64,000 nucleotides of DNA from the sequence record SRR9188677_86; one strand, written 5' to 3'. Each line of letters opens with the position of its first letter. Position 1 is the stretch's first letter. The notes under the pieces are model-generated. The model did not search any database and had not been told where the DNA came from. It saw only the letters and a list, made by a program, of their open reading frames with translations. A program made the position numbers and the translations under genes. This document shows positions 21,076 to 29,572 of this stretch, piece by piece.

Positions 21076-21648
21076 TTATTTGGATAAAAAATCAACTAAT
21101 TGTTTAACTGCCAAACCACGATGGCTGATGGTCGATTTCTCGTTTATTGTGAGCTCTGCGAAGGTTTTAGTGTACCCTTCTGCCACAAATATAGGATCGT
21201 AACCAAATCCGTTGGTTCCCATTTTCTCTTCGATAATTTTACCTTTGATTATTCCTGTAAATAAAGTTTGCTTCCCATCTAGATTTAATGCAATTACCGT
21301 TTTAAATTGTGCTGAACGATTGGTTTCACGTTCGAGATTATCTAACAATTTATCCATATTCTCATTGGCATCTTTATGTTCATCGGCATATCTTGCTGAA
21401 TAAACTCCAGGTTCGCCATTTAGGGCTTCCACTTCCAATCCGGTATCGTCTGCAAAACAATTATAGCCGAATTTTTCCGTCACGTAATTGGCTTTAAGAA
21501 TGGCATTCCCTTCTATAGTATCGGCTGTTTCCGGAATATCTTCCTGGCAATTGATATCTTCCAGACTAAGAATTTTGATAGATTCCGGAAGTAATAACTG
21601 AATTTCCCTGATTTTATTTTTGTTATTGGAAGCGAATACGAGCTGCAT
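21076..21648 (-). CDS. rdgB: Non-canonical purine NTP pyrophosphatase (Ham1/RdgB)
   Basis: ASNNKNK, ADDTGL, PGVYSAR, FGYDPIF, SHRG; start moved to ATG 21648. Confidence 0.95.
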   Translation of the reverse strand: MQLVFASNNKNKIREIQLLLPESIKILSLEDINCQEDIPETADTIEGNAILKANYVTEKFGYNCFADDTGLEVEALNGEPGVYSARYADEHKDANENMDKLLDNLERETNRSAQFKTVIALNLDGKQTLFTGIIKGKIIEEKMGTNGFGYDPIFVAEGYTKTFAELTINEKSTISHRGLAVKQLVDFLSK

Positions 21649-21742
21649 TTTTGATTTTTTGTTGTGAACGCTCAAAGTTACTAAGAAATTATGAAAAGTG
21701 CTGACTTGGATTTTGAGTTTTGGCTTATTAAACAAGAGTGTA

Positions 21743-21773
21743 TTTTGTCGATTAAATTTGCTTTTTGTCGATT
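21743..21773. promoter_or_regulatory. Direct repeat TTTTGTCGATT x2 at 20-bp period
   Basis: Perfect 11-mers at 21743 and 21763 upstream of the hybrid kinase. Confidence 0.55.
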
Positions 21774-21861
21774 TTTTAGTTAAACTTACACTCTATTGCA
21801 ATCCGAATCAAATTCAGATGCGTAGATAAAAAGCGACGTCAAATACCACTAAGTCCCAAAT

Positions 21862-24240
21862 ATGAAGAGTAAAATTACGCTAAGCCGGAGTGCATTGCTG
21901 TGCCTCATCGGATTTGTATTGCTATCCCCAAATCAGCTCTCTGCCCAGTTCCTGCTAAAAGAAGGAAAAAATTCCGAAAGCATTTCCATCCATTCCAAAT
22001 CCGAATATGTTGATGTCGGAAATCTCGATGTCAGCCTGGATCAAATTCGAAACATCAAGGCTTTTGACTTTAAGCCCATGGAAAAGGAAAACCAGGATTT
22101 TGGCTTTACCACCCATAATTTCTGGCTTCGGTTCCAATTAAAAAACACTTCCGGCGAAGAACTGACTTACTTTTTTGAAACAGCACGCCCAATTACAGAC
22201 GTGGCCGAACTTTACGTAATAAAATCCAGCGGGAAAACCACTAAATACCTCAGCGGCGATGCTATCCCCTATTCCAAAAGAAGCTTTGACCACAGGAAAA
22301 CGATTTTCAAGATTTCCCTGCTTCCGAACGAACAGCAGCAGTTTTACCTTCACATAAAAAGTGATGGCGAAATGCTTTCCATGCCAATGGTGCTGCACAG
22401 TTTACAGCATTTGCTGGAAGTGACTTCGTTTGAACAATTCATCTTTGGCTTTTTCTACGGAATTCTACTGATTGCCGCAATTTTATACATGTTCTTCTTT
22501 TTCGGGATGAAAGACAGGACATTTTTCTATTACAGCATGTATGTCAGCTTTATTGGCTTACTGCAGTTCTCTATTGACGGTTACTTTTATGAATACATTA
22601 CTCCTCAGGCGAACTGGCTTTCGCTGCACGCTGTAATCATTGCTGCTTGTCTTGCCAATTTCTTTTTAGGTCGCTATGCACAGATATTCCTAAAAATAAA
22701 GAATTACAATAACATCCTTAACAATGCCTTTTATGTAATGTATGTTTTGGATTTTATGCTTTTAGGCTCGATATTTATAATCGAAAACCACGAATATGCC
22801 TATCCGATGGCCAACGGCTTAGGGCTTATTTTACTATTGCTGATTATCTCATCCCAATTTCTTATTTACATCCGCACCCAAAAAATTGACCGTTTCTTTG
22901 CTGTGGGTATATTTTTCCTGGTTTCGGGATTTGTGGTTTTCATCCTTAAAAATTTCAGCGTGCTGTCCATCACTTTCTGGACGGAAAACGGTTCCAAATT
23001 AGGCACAGGAATGGAAGTCATCTTCCTTTCGCTATCGATGGCAAATTTAATCCGCGACATGAAACAGGAACGGGAGCAACTGCAAACGCTGGCCCTTCAG
23101 AAATCGGAAGAAATGAACGAACTGAAATCGTATTTCTTATCTAACATAAGCCATGAATTGCGAACGCCCCTCAATGCGATTCTGAATACCGCAAAGTCAA
23201 TAGCTGCGGAATCTCAAGATGAAAATATCCAAAAAGGAAGCCAGATCATCAAGTATTCAACTTACAGCCTGTTAAGCTCGGTAAACGATATCCTTGATTT
23301 CTCCAAAATTGAGCGTGATGAGATCAAACTGGAACTGGCAGAGTTTGATCTGGTAAAAACCGTAGAGCATATTGCGAACAATTTTGAGCGTGAAGCCAAA
23401 GACAAAGGGCTGGATTTTTCTTTCCAAAAAGGAGAAAATTTACCTCAGTTAGTAAAAGGCGATTCGGTCAGATTGAGCCAGATTCTGCACAACGTTCTGA
23501 GCAATGCACTGAAATTCACCAACGAAGGTTTTGTCAAATTCAGGCTGGAAACGTTGAAAGACAAAGACCACAAGGTAACAATGTCATTTATCGTAAGCGA
23601 TACAGGAGTGGGAATTTCTCAAGAGAAAATAAACAGCATTTTCGATTCGTTTTCTCAGGAAGGCATCAACAATAAGAGAAAGTTTGGCGGATTAGGGCTT
23701 GGATTATACATCGTAAAGCATCTCATTAATCTTCAGAATGGAAAAATCAGCGTAGATAGCACAACTGGTTTAGGGAGTGTTTTCACCATCGATCTGACTT
23801 ATGAAAAGATTGAAGTTAAAAAACAAGCAGAAGTTGACATCCTGCCAATTGAATATGACCTTAATGGAAAAAAAATCCTTGTGGTGGAAGACAATGCCAT
23901 GAACCAGATGGTCATCAAAATGATTACCAAAAAATGGATGAATACGGTTGTAGATTTTGCGAACAATGGCCAGGAAGGTATAGAAAAACTGGCAGACAAG
24001 CATTACGATATCATCCTGATGGATTTACAGATGCCGATTATGGACGGTTATGAAGCAACAATAGCTATAAGGAACGGTGAAGCCGGGGAACACTACCGAA
24101 ACATTCCAATCATTGCCGTAACTGCCGATGTGATGGAAACCACTAAAGTACGTGTTACCGAAATCGGGATGAACAAATACCTTTCGAAACCGGTTGACAA
24201 AGAAGTGCTGTTTGAATACGTCAAAACACTGGTGAATTGA
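21862..24240 (+). CDS. 7TMR-DISM hybrid sensor histidine kinase / response regulator
   Basis: Extracellular DISMED2-like domain (FWLRF), 7 TM, SHELRTPLN, NALKFT, DTGVG, GLGLGL, REC LMDLQMP. Confidence 0.92.
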   Translation: MKSKITLSRSALLCLIGFVLLSPNQLSAQFLLKEGKNSESISIHSKSEYVDVGNLDVSLDQIRNIKAFDFKPMEKENQDFGFTTHNFWLRFQLKNTSGEELTYFFETARPITDVAELYVIKSSGKTTKYLSGDAIPYSKRSFDHRKTIFKISLLPNEQQQFYLHIKSDGEMLSMPMVLHSLQHLLEVTSFEQFIFGFFYGILLIAAILYMFFFFGMKDRTFFYYSMYVSFIGLLQFSIDGYFYEYITPQANWLSLHAVIIAACLANFFLGRYAQIFLKIKNYNNILNNAFYVMYVLDFMLLGSIFIIENHEYAYPMANGLGLILLLLIISSQFLIYIRTQKIDRFFAVGIFFLVSGFVVFILKNFSVLSITFWTENGSKLGTGMEVIFLSLSMANLIRDMKQEREQLQTLALQKSEEMNELKSYFLSNISHELRTPLNAILNTAKSIAAESQDENIQKGSQIIKYSTYSLLSSVNDILDFSKIERDEIKLELAEFDLVKTVEHIANNFEREAKDKGLDFSFQKGENLPQLVKGDSVRLSQILHNVLSNALKFTNEGFVKFRLETLKDKDHKVTMSFIVSDTGVGISQEKINSIFDSFSQEGINNKRKFGGLGLGLYIVKHLINLQNGKISVDSTTGLGSVFTIDLTYEKIEVKKQAEVDILPIEYDLNGKKILVVEDNAMNQMVIKMITKKWMNTVVDFANNGQEGIEKLADKHYDIILMDLQMPIMDGYEATIAIRNGEAGEHYRNIPIIAVTADVMETTKVRVTEIGMNKYLSKPVDKEVLFEYVKTLVN

Positions 24241-24306
24241 TCTGTTTTATTACAGTTTTTTGCTACCTTTCGGATTGATAAAAATCAGAAAGCAAAGAAC
24301 CAATAC

Positions 24307-24870
24307 ATGGATCTGGAAACCATTCTCAACAGGATATATCTTTTGCCACCCGAAGCCATAGAAGCTATTAAGCAATGTGTTTCAGTTGTAGAGCATCCAA
24401 AAGGCTACATTCTTTTAAAGGAAAACAAAATAGAAAACAACATCTTCCTTATTAAAAAAGGGATGGTCCGCGCCTACTCTGTTTTTGATGGTACCGAAGT
24501 TACGTTCTGGTTCGGGAAAGAAGGCGATCCGGTAATGTCTATGAAGAGTCATGTTGAAGGCAAAAAAGGATACGAAAGCATCGAATTGCTTGAAGACAGT
24601 GCTTTCTACAAAATCGACAGCAAAAACCTTCAGCGGCTTTTTATCGAAAACACCGCAATTGCCAACTGGGGACGAAAATTTGCCGAACTAGAATTGATCA
24701 AAACCGAAGAACGGCTGATATCGCTCCAATTCAAGAGTGCATCTCAACGATACAGCGACCTGATCAAGGAGAACAGTGAAATAATCAAGCGCGTTCCTTT
24801 GGGGATTATCGCCTCTTATCTTGGCATTACGCAGGTCAGCCTAAGCCGCATCCGGGCAGAAATTAAATAA
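24307..24870 (+). CDS. Crp/Fnr family transcriptional regulator
   Basis: cNMP-binding-like N-domain; IASYLGITQVSLSRIR HTH. Confidence 0.92.
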   Translation: MDLETILNRIYLLPPEAIEAIKQCVSVVEHPKGYILLKENKIENNIFLIKKGMVRAYSVFDGTEVTFWFGKEGDPVMSMKSHVEGKKGYESIELLEDSAFYKIDSKNLQRLFIENTAIANWGRKFAELELIKTEERLISLQFKSASQRYSDLIKENSEIIKRVPLGIIASYLGITQVSLSRIRAEIK

Positions 24871-24873
24871 TCA

Positions 24874-24895
24874 TTTTTTATCATTTGTTAAAAAA
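24874..24895. promoter_or_regulatory. Imperfect palindrome, probable Crp/Fnr operator for the SMR gene
   Basis: TTTTTTATCATTTGTTAAAAAA upstream of a non-consensus -7 box (GAACTTTG, 24914-24921). Confidence 0.55.
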
Positions 24896-24937
24896 GTATC
24901 GGATCCAAGTAGGGAACTTTGCCAAAAAGTTTAAACC

Positions 24938-25267
24938 ATGAATTGGATATTATTGATTATTGCGGGGCTTTTTGAAGTCGCGTTTGCAGCCTGCCTCGGA
25001 AAAGCTAAAGAAACTACCGGAATCGAAATGTATTGCTGGTATACCGGATTTTTGCTCTCGCTATCCATAAGCATGGGGCTTCTGATTAAGGCAACCCAGG
25101 AATTACCCATCGGGACTGCCTATGCCGTTTGGACGGGAATCGGCGCCGTAGGAACGGTAGTAGTCGGGATATTTATTTTCAAAGAACCGGTGCATTTCTG
25201 GAGGCTTTTCTTTATCAGCACTTTAATCGGATCAATAGTCGGGTTAAAATTTGTTTCACATTCATAA
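24938..25267 (+). CDS. SMR family transporter (SugE/Gdx-like)
   Basis: WILLIIAGLFEV, LPIGTAYAVWTGIG, 4 TM. Confidence 0.92.
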   Translation: MNWILLIIAGLFEVAFAACLGKAKETTGIEMYCWYTGFLLSLSISMGLLIKATQELPIGTAYAVWTGIGAVGTVVVGIFIFKEPVHFWRLFFISTLIGSIVGLKFVSHS

Positions 25268-25461
25268 CCACCGGAATAATGCCTAGAAAAATTTAGGCTC
25301 ATTTTTAAATAATCTTTCGGATTGGCGCCTAATTATGAAAAATTGCCAAGACCTTAAACAGGCTTGTTTTCAACAGCTGTCGGTTTACAATTTCTATTTA
25401 TAATGATTAGGAGTAAACTAAATTTATAATTACTTTTGTCCCCATAAAACACTTAGTGATT

Positions 25462-26721
25462 ATGGTAAAAGATTTATTCGAAAGAATACAAAGCAATAAA
25501 GGCCCTTTAGGAAAATGGGCTTCTCAGGCAGAAGGATACTATGTTTTTCCAAAACTGGAAGGAGAATTAGGCCCTAGAATGCAATTCCACGGTAAAGAAA
25601 TTTTAAACTGGTCCATAAACGATTATCTAGGTTTAGCCAATCATCCTGAAGTACGCAAAGCGGATACTGATGCCGCTGCGCAATACGGGGCTGCCTACCC
25701 AATGGGTGCAAGAATGATGTCAGGACATACTGATGTTCACGAGCAATTAGAAAAGGAACTGGCGGCTTTCGTAATGAAAGAGTCAGCATACCTATTGAAC
25801 TTTGGTTACCAGGGAATCATGTCGTGCATTGATGCTTTGGTTACCAAAAATGACATCATTGTTTATGATGTTGATGCCCATGCCTGTATTATTGATGGTG
25901 TTCGTTTGCACATGGGGAAACGTTTTACCTACAAGCACAATGATTTGGAAAGCATGGAGAAGAACCTTCAGCGTGCGACCAAAATGGCAACGGAAACCGG
26001 TGGCGGGATCTTATTTATTACCGAGGGTGTTTTCGGAATGAGAGGCCAGCAAGGGAAACTGAAAGAAATTGTAGCGATGAAGGAAAAATACAATTTCCGA
26101 TTATTGGTTGACGATGCACACGGTTTCGGAACCTTAGGAAAAACTGGTGCCGGTGCCGGTGAAGAGCAAGTATGCCAGGACGGGATTGACGTTTATTTTT
26201 CTACGTTTGCCAAATCCATGGCGAGCATTGGAGCATTTTTAGCCGCTGATAAAGATATTATCGATTACTTAAAATACAATTTGCGTTCACAAATGTTTGC
26301 CAAGGCATTGCCAATGATTCAAACGGTTGGTGCTTTGAAGAGATTACAATTATTGAGAGATAATCCTAATCTTAAAGACAAGCTTTGGGAAAACGTAAAT
26401 GCATTGCAAAACGGTTTAAAAGCCCACGGATTCAATATTGGAGACACCAACACCTGCGTAACTCCTGTTTACCTTGAAGGTTCAATCCCGGAAGCTATGG
26501 TAATGGTAAACGACCTTCGTGAAAACTATGGTATCTTCTTATCGATTGTGGTTTATCCTGTTATCCCGAAAGGAATTATCCTGTTAAGGATGATCCCGAC
26601 GGCTTCCCATACTTTACAGGATATCGAAGAAACCCTTGTAGCTTTTGATGCCATCCGTGAAAAATTAGTAAACGGGACTTATGCTCAATTGGCTCAGGCT
26701 AATGTAGAGGATATGGCTTAA
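25462..26721 (+). CDS. PLP-dependent alpha-oxoamine synthase, probable cysteate-fatty acyl transferase (sulfonolipid/capnine synthesis)
   Basis: NDYLGL, GARMMSG, HACIIDG, DDAHG, STFAKS; N-terminal EGYYVFPKLEGELGP and LRSQMFAK segments resemble my recollection of Bacteroidota SulA/CapB enzymes. Confidence 0.75.
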   Translation: MVKDLFERIQSNKGPLGKWASQAEGYYVFPKLEGELGPRMQFHGKEILNWSINDYLGLANHPEVRKADTDAAAQYGAAYPMGARMMSGHTDVHEQLEKELAAFVMKESAYLLNFGYQGIMSCIDALVTKNDIIVYDVDAHACIIDGVRLHMGKRFTYKHNDLESMEKNLQRATKMATETGGGILFITEGVFGMRGQQGKLKEIVAMKEKYNFRLLVDDAHGFGTLGKTGAGAGEEQVCQDGIDVYFSTFAKSMASIGAFLAADKDIIDYLKYNLRSQMFAKALPMIQTVGALKRLQLLRDNPNLKDKLWENVNALQNGLKAHGFNIGDTNTCVTPVYLEGSIPEAMVMVNDLRENYGIFLSIVVYPVIPKGIILLRMIPTASHTLQDIEETLVAFDAIREKLVNGTYAQLAQANVEDMA

Positions 26722-26742
26722 TTGCCAAAAAATATAGAAACG

Positions 26743-26776
26743 AAAAAGCCATTCTTTATCAGAATGGCTTTTTTTT
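26743..26776. terminator. Bidirectional intrinsic terminator
   Basis: AAAAAGCCATTCT-TTATC-AGAATGGC-T8. Confidence 0.85.
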
Positions 26777-26789
26777 ATGAGGCTTAAAT

Positions 26790-27311
26790 TTATTTATTAA
26801 GAACCTTAACTTTAGAATCATTTATATGGAATGCTTTAATAACCGCATTGTAATCAGAATAATCGATGTTCTTCTTTGCTTGCATCTTACTACCATCAGA
26901 GAAATATCCTGGTACAATTACAATTCTGAAAGTTTGGCTGCTCAAATAACTTGGCGTTTGTGTCAGATCATAAGTTCCTCCGGCATAAATAGTAAAATCT
27001 TCTTTGCTGAAATCGAAATCATAATCCAATTCTCCCTGCGGCAAATACAAAGTTCTTGGAATCTGCTGCCAAACCGGTGTACTTGAATCAATAGTTCCAG
27101 CCAATCTGTAAATCAGGATAACATCTGAAGCATAAATTTGTGGAGTTAAGGTTTGGTAAATAGAAAAGGTATTATTTCCATCAGCTCCAAAATTTACATT
27201 CCTCAACTCAAATACTTCACTGATTGTATCTCTATCGACGTCGTCATCGTTTGAACAGCTTTGTAGCGTTACCATCCCGATAAACGCTAAAATAAGGGTG
27301 ATTTTCTTCAT
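26790..27311 (-). CDS. Hypothetical lipoprotein
   Basis: Lipobox LQSC followed by acidic SNDDD (Bacteroidota surface-export-like signal). Confidence 0.8.
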   Translation of the reverse strand: MKKITLILAFIGMVTLQSCSNDDDVDRDTISEVFELRNVNFGADGNNTFSIYQTLTPQIYASDVILIYRLAGTIDSSTPVWQQIPRTLYLPQGELDYDFDFSKEDFTIYAGGTYDLTQTPSYLSSQTFRIVIVPGYFSDGSKMQAKKNIDYSDYNAVIKAFHINDSKVKVLNK

Positions 27312-27350
27312 AGTATTTTCTTTTTATAGTTTAATGATATAAATGTACAC

Positions 27351-27366
27351 TCATTAACTATGCCAA
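27351..27366 (-). promoter_or_regulatory. Possible sigma-54 (-24/-12) promoter for the lipoprotein
   Basis: Minus-strand TTGGCATAGTTAATGA = GG-N10-GA; no TAnnTTTG box seen for this gene. Confidence 0.45.
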
Positions 27367-27402
27367 AACTTATACTTTAACAAAAATTTGTAATTTTGAA
27401 GT

Positions 27403-27549
27403 ATGGGAAGAAATAATGCCAAAAACATAAAGGCACATAACGACAAGCTTCATAAAGCGCAGGATAAGGAAAAAGCCAAAAAGGCTGTACGCGCTGCTCA
27501 GCTTAAAGAAATCATGAGGAAATTTAACGAAAATAAACCGGAAGAATAA
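27403..27549 (+). CDS. Small basic protein, 48 aa (not in ORF track)
   Basis: MGRNNAKNIKAHNDKLHKAQDKEKAKKAVRAAQLKEIMRKFNENKPEE; TAATTTTG -7 box at 27391-27398; fills an otherwise empty intergenic. Confidence 0.7.
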   Translation: MGRNNAKNIKAHNDKLHKAQDKEKAKKAVRAAQLKEIMRKFNENKPEE

Positions 27550-27626
27550 TTTTAAGGATTATTTAATCTGATTGCGATTCTGATTTTCATACCTTTAATC
27601 TTTAAGCCAAATTCAACAAAAAATCT

Positions 27627-29489
27627 ATGAAAAAAATACTATTCCTATTCCTTTGCTCCTTTAGTGTTTTTGCCAATGACATAAAAACCAAAGCCACGGC
27701 AAAAGATGTTACCGTTTACACCAACGGCGCTCAAATAACTTCTGATGTCACTGTAACTGTCCCAAAGGGTACAAACATTGTCAGGATTGGTGAAGTATCC
27801 CAGTTTATCAATCAAAATACCATCCAGCTCAGCGGATTGAAAGAGGTTTCAGTGCTTTCCATCGGGTTTGAAGTTATCTCATATCCGAAAAAGGTGGTTT
27901 CCGAAAAAATTAAAACCCTACAATCAGAAATCAGCACCAAGCAAAGGGAAATGGCACTTTTGCAAAACCATATCAAAGGGCTTGAAGAAGAAGAATCCAT
28001 TCTGTCCAGCAATAAAAACCTCGGAAGCTCCCAGCAGGCAGTCAGTATGGAAAAGCTACTCCTGCATTCTAAGCATTATCGCGAAAGGGTTCCGGTAATC
28101 AAAACCGAAATTTACGATACCAATAAAAAAATTGCAGCTATAGATATTGATTTAAGAGCAATGCAGGCTGAACTTCAAAAAATAAAAGGGGATTCTGAGG
28201 AATTGAAAGGAGAAATCATCGTAAAGGTTGACAATCCTAATGAAGCTGTTACACTAAACCTGGTCCTGAAATACAATGTTTCCGGCGCGGGCTGGTCTCC
28301 GTCTTATGAAATCAAAGCAAAAAACTCTAAAGATGCTTTGCAATTTGTATATAAAGCCCAAGTATATCAAAATACCGGTGAAAACTGGGATAATGTAAAG
28401 CTGACCTTATCCACCGGAAATCCTAGCGTTACTAACGACAAACCAAAAATTGAAAGCCATTACCTTAATTTCATAAATAACAATTACGCCGGCAGCAGCA
28501 GTATTGATCCTAACAAAAACTATCCTTACAACCCCATGGTCAAAGTGGTTTCGGGAACGGTTACCGAAAATGGTCTGCCATTGCCAGGGGCAAATGTGGT
28601 TGTCAAAGGAACAAATATTTCTACCCAAACCGATTTTGACGGCAGATATACCATAAAAGTAGAAGGCGGAAAAGAACTCATTTATTCTTTTGTTGGGATG
28701 TCGAATGTAACGCTTGCGGTTTACAGCAATACTATGAATGTAAAAATGATTGCAGATCAGTCAGTTCTAAATGAAGTTGTGGTGGTGGGCTACGGAAGAA
28801 GCAACAAAAAGATTGATGCTGAAGCGCTTCCGGTAATGGAAGAATCAATTACGACGGGTTCAGGAGATGAAAAAGAAGTTGTACTTAACACTGTTATCTT
28901 TAAAATCAAGAAAAACTACAGCATTCCATCCTTGGACACGCCATCTATGATTGAAATCGACAATTTTACCATTCCGGCAGAGTTTGAATATTTTGCCTCC
29001 CCTATACTGAATGACAATGTTTTCCTTACCGCTAAAGTTAAAGACTGGAACAAATACGACCTGCTTCCGGGCGATGCGAGCATTTACTCCGAAGGAAGCT
29101 ATTCCGGGACAACATTCATAAACCCTTATCAGACGGAAGAAGAATTAGTAATCTCCATGGGAATCGACTCCAATATAATCGTTGAACGAAAACAGCTCAA
29201 CAACCTAAAAGACAAATCGCTTTTTGGAACTTCCCGGATGGTAAGCCGCAACTACGAAATCACTTTGCGAAACAACAAGCCGATCGATGTTACGGTGAAA
29301 GTATATGACAGGGTTCCGGTGTCGCAAAACAAGGAAATAAAAGTTGAAACCCAAACGGTTGACGGTGCCCAGTATGATGAAAAAACCGGAATTCTCTTCT
29401 GGAATATTCCTATTGTGCCAAAACAATCGGTAAAGAAACAGCTGGGCTATGAAGTCAAATATCCCAAAAACAGAAAAGTAAATTTATAA
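27627..29489 (+). CDS. DUF4140/DUF4139 (MuiA-like) secreted protein with internal carboxypeptidase-like regulatory domain
   Basis: VTVYTNGAQI, coiled coil, AGWSPSY, QNTGENW..VKLTLST, PLPGANVVVKGT, DRVPVS. Confidence 0.85.
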   Translation: MKKILFLFLCSFSVFANDIKTKATAKDVTVYTNGAQITSDVTVTVPKGTNIVRIGEVSQFINQNTIQLSGLKEVSVLSIGFEVISYPKKVVSEKIKTLQSEISTKQREMALLQNHIKGLEEEESILSSNKNLGSSQQAVSMEKLLLHSKHYRERVPVIKTEIYDTNKKIAAIDIDLRAMQAELQKIKGDSEELKGEIIVKVDNPNEAVTLNLVLKYNVSGAGWSPSYEIKAKNSKDALQFVYKAQVYQNTGENWDNVKLTLSTGNPSVTNDKPKIESHYLNFINNNYAGSSSIDPNKNYPYNPMVKVVSGTVTENGLPLPGANVVVKGTNISTQTDFDGRYTIKVEGGKELIYSFVGMSNVTLAVYSNTMNVKMIADQSVLNEVVVVGYGRSNKKIDAEALPVMEESITTGSGDEKEVVLNTVIFKIKKNYSIPSLDTPSMIEIDNFTIPAEFEYFASPILNDNVFLTAKVKDWNKYDLLPGDASIYSEGSYSGTTFINPYQTEEELVISMGIDSNIIVERKQLNNLKDKSLFGTSRMVSRNYEITLRNNKPIDVTVKVYDRVPVSQNKEIKVETQTVDGAQYDEKTGILFWNIPIVPKQSVKKQLGYEVKYPKNRKVNL

Positions 29490-29493
29490 GAGT

Positions 29494-29525
29494 AGAAGCC
29501 TTCCCCAAATGGAAGGTTTTTCTTT
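29494..29525 (+). terminator. Intrinsic terminator
   Basis: AAGCCTTCC-CCAAAT-GGAAGGTTTTT. Confidence 0.65.
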
Positions 29526-29572
29526 GCGGTAAATTAAAAAACAATACTTTTGAACTCAGAGAAACCATTTCC

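Noticed and set aside
25334-25402. 22-codon ORF MKNCQDLKQACFQQLSVYNFYL
   Set aside because: No promoter or homology cue; expected by chance in an intergenic of this size.
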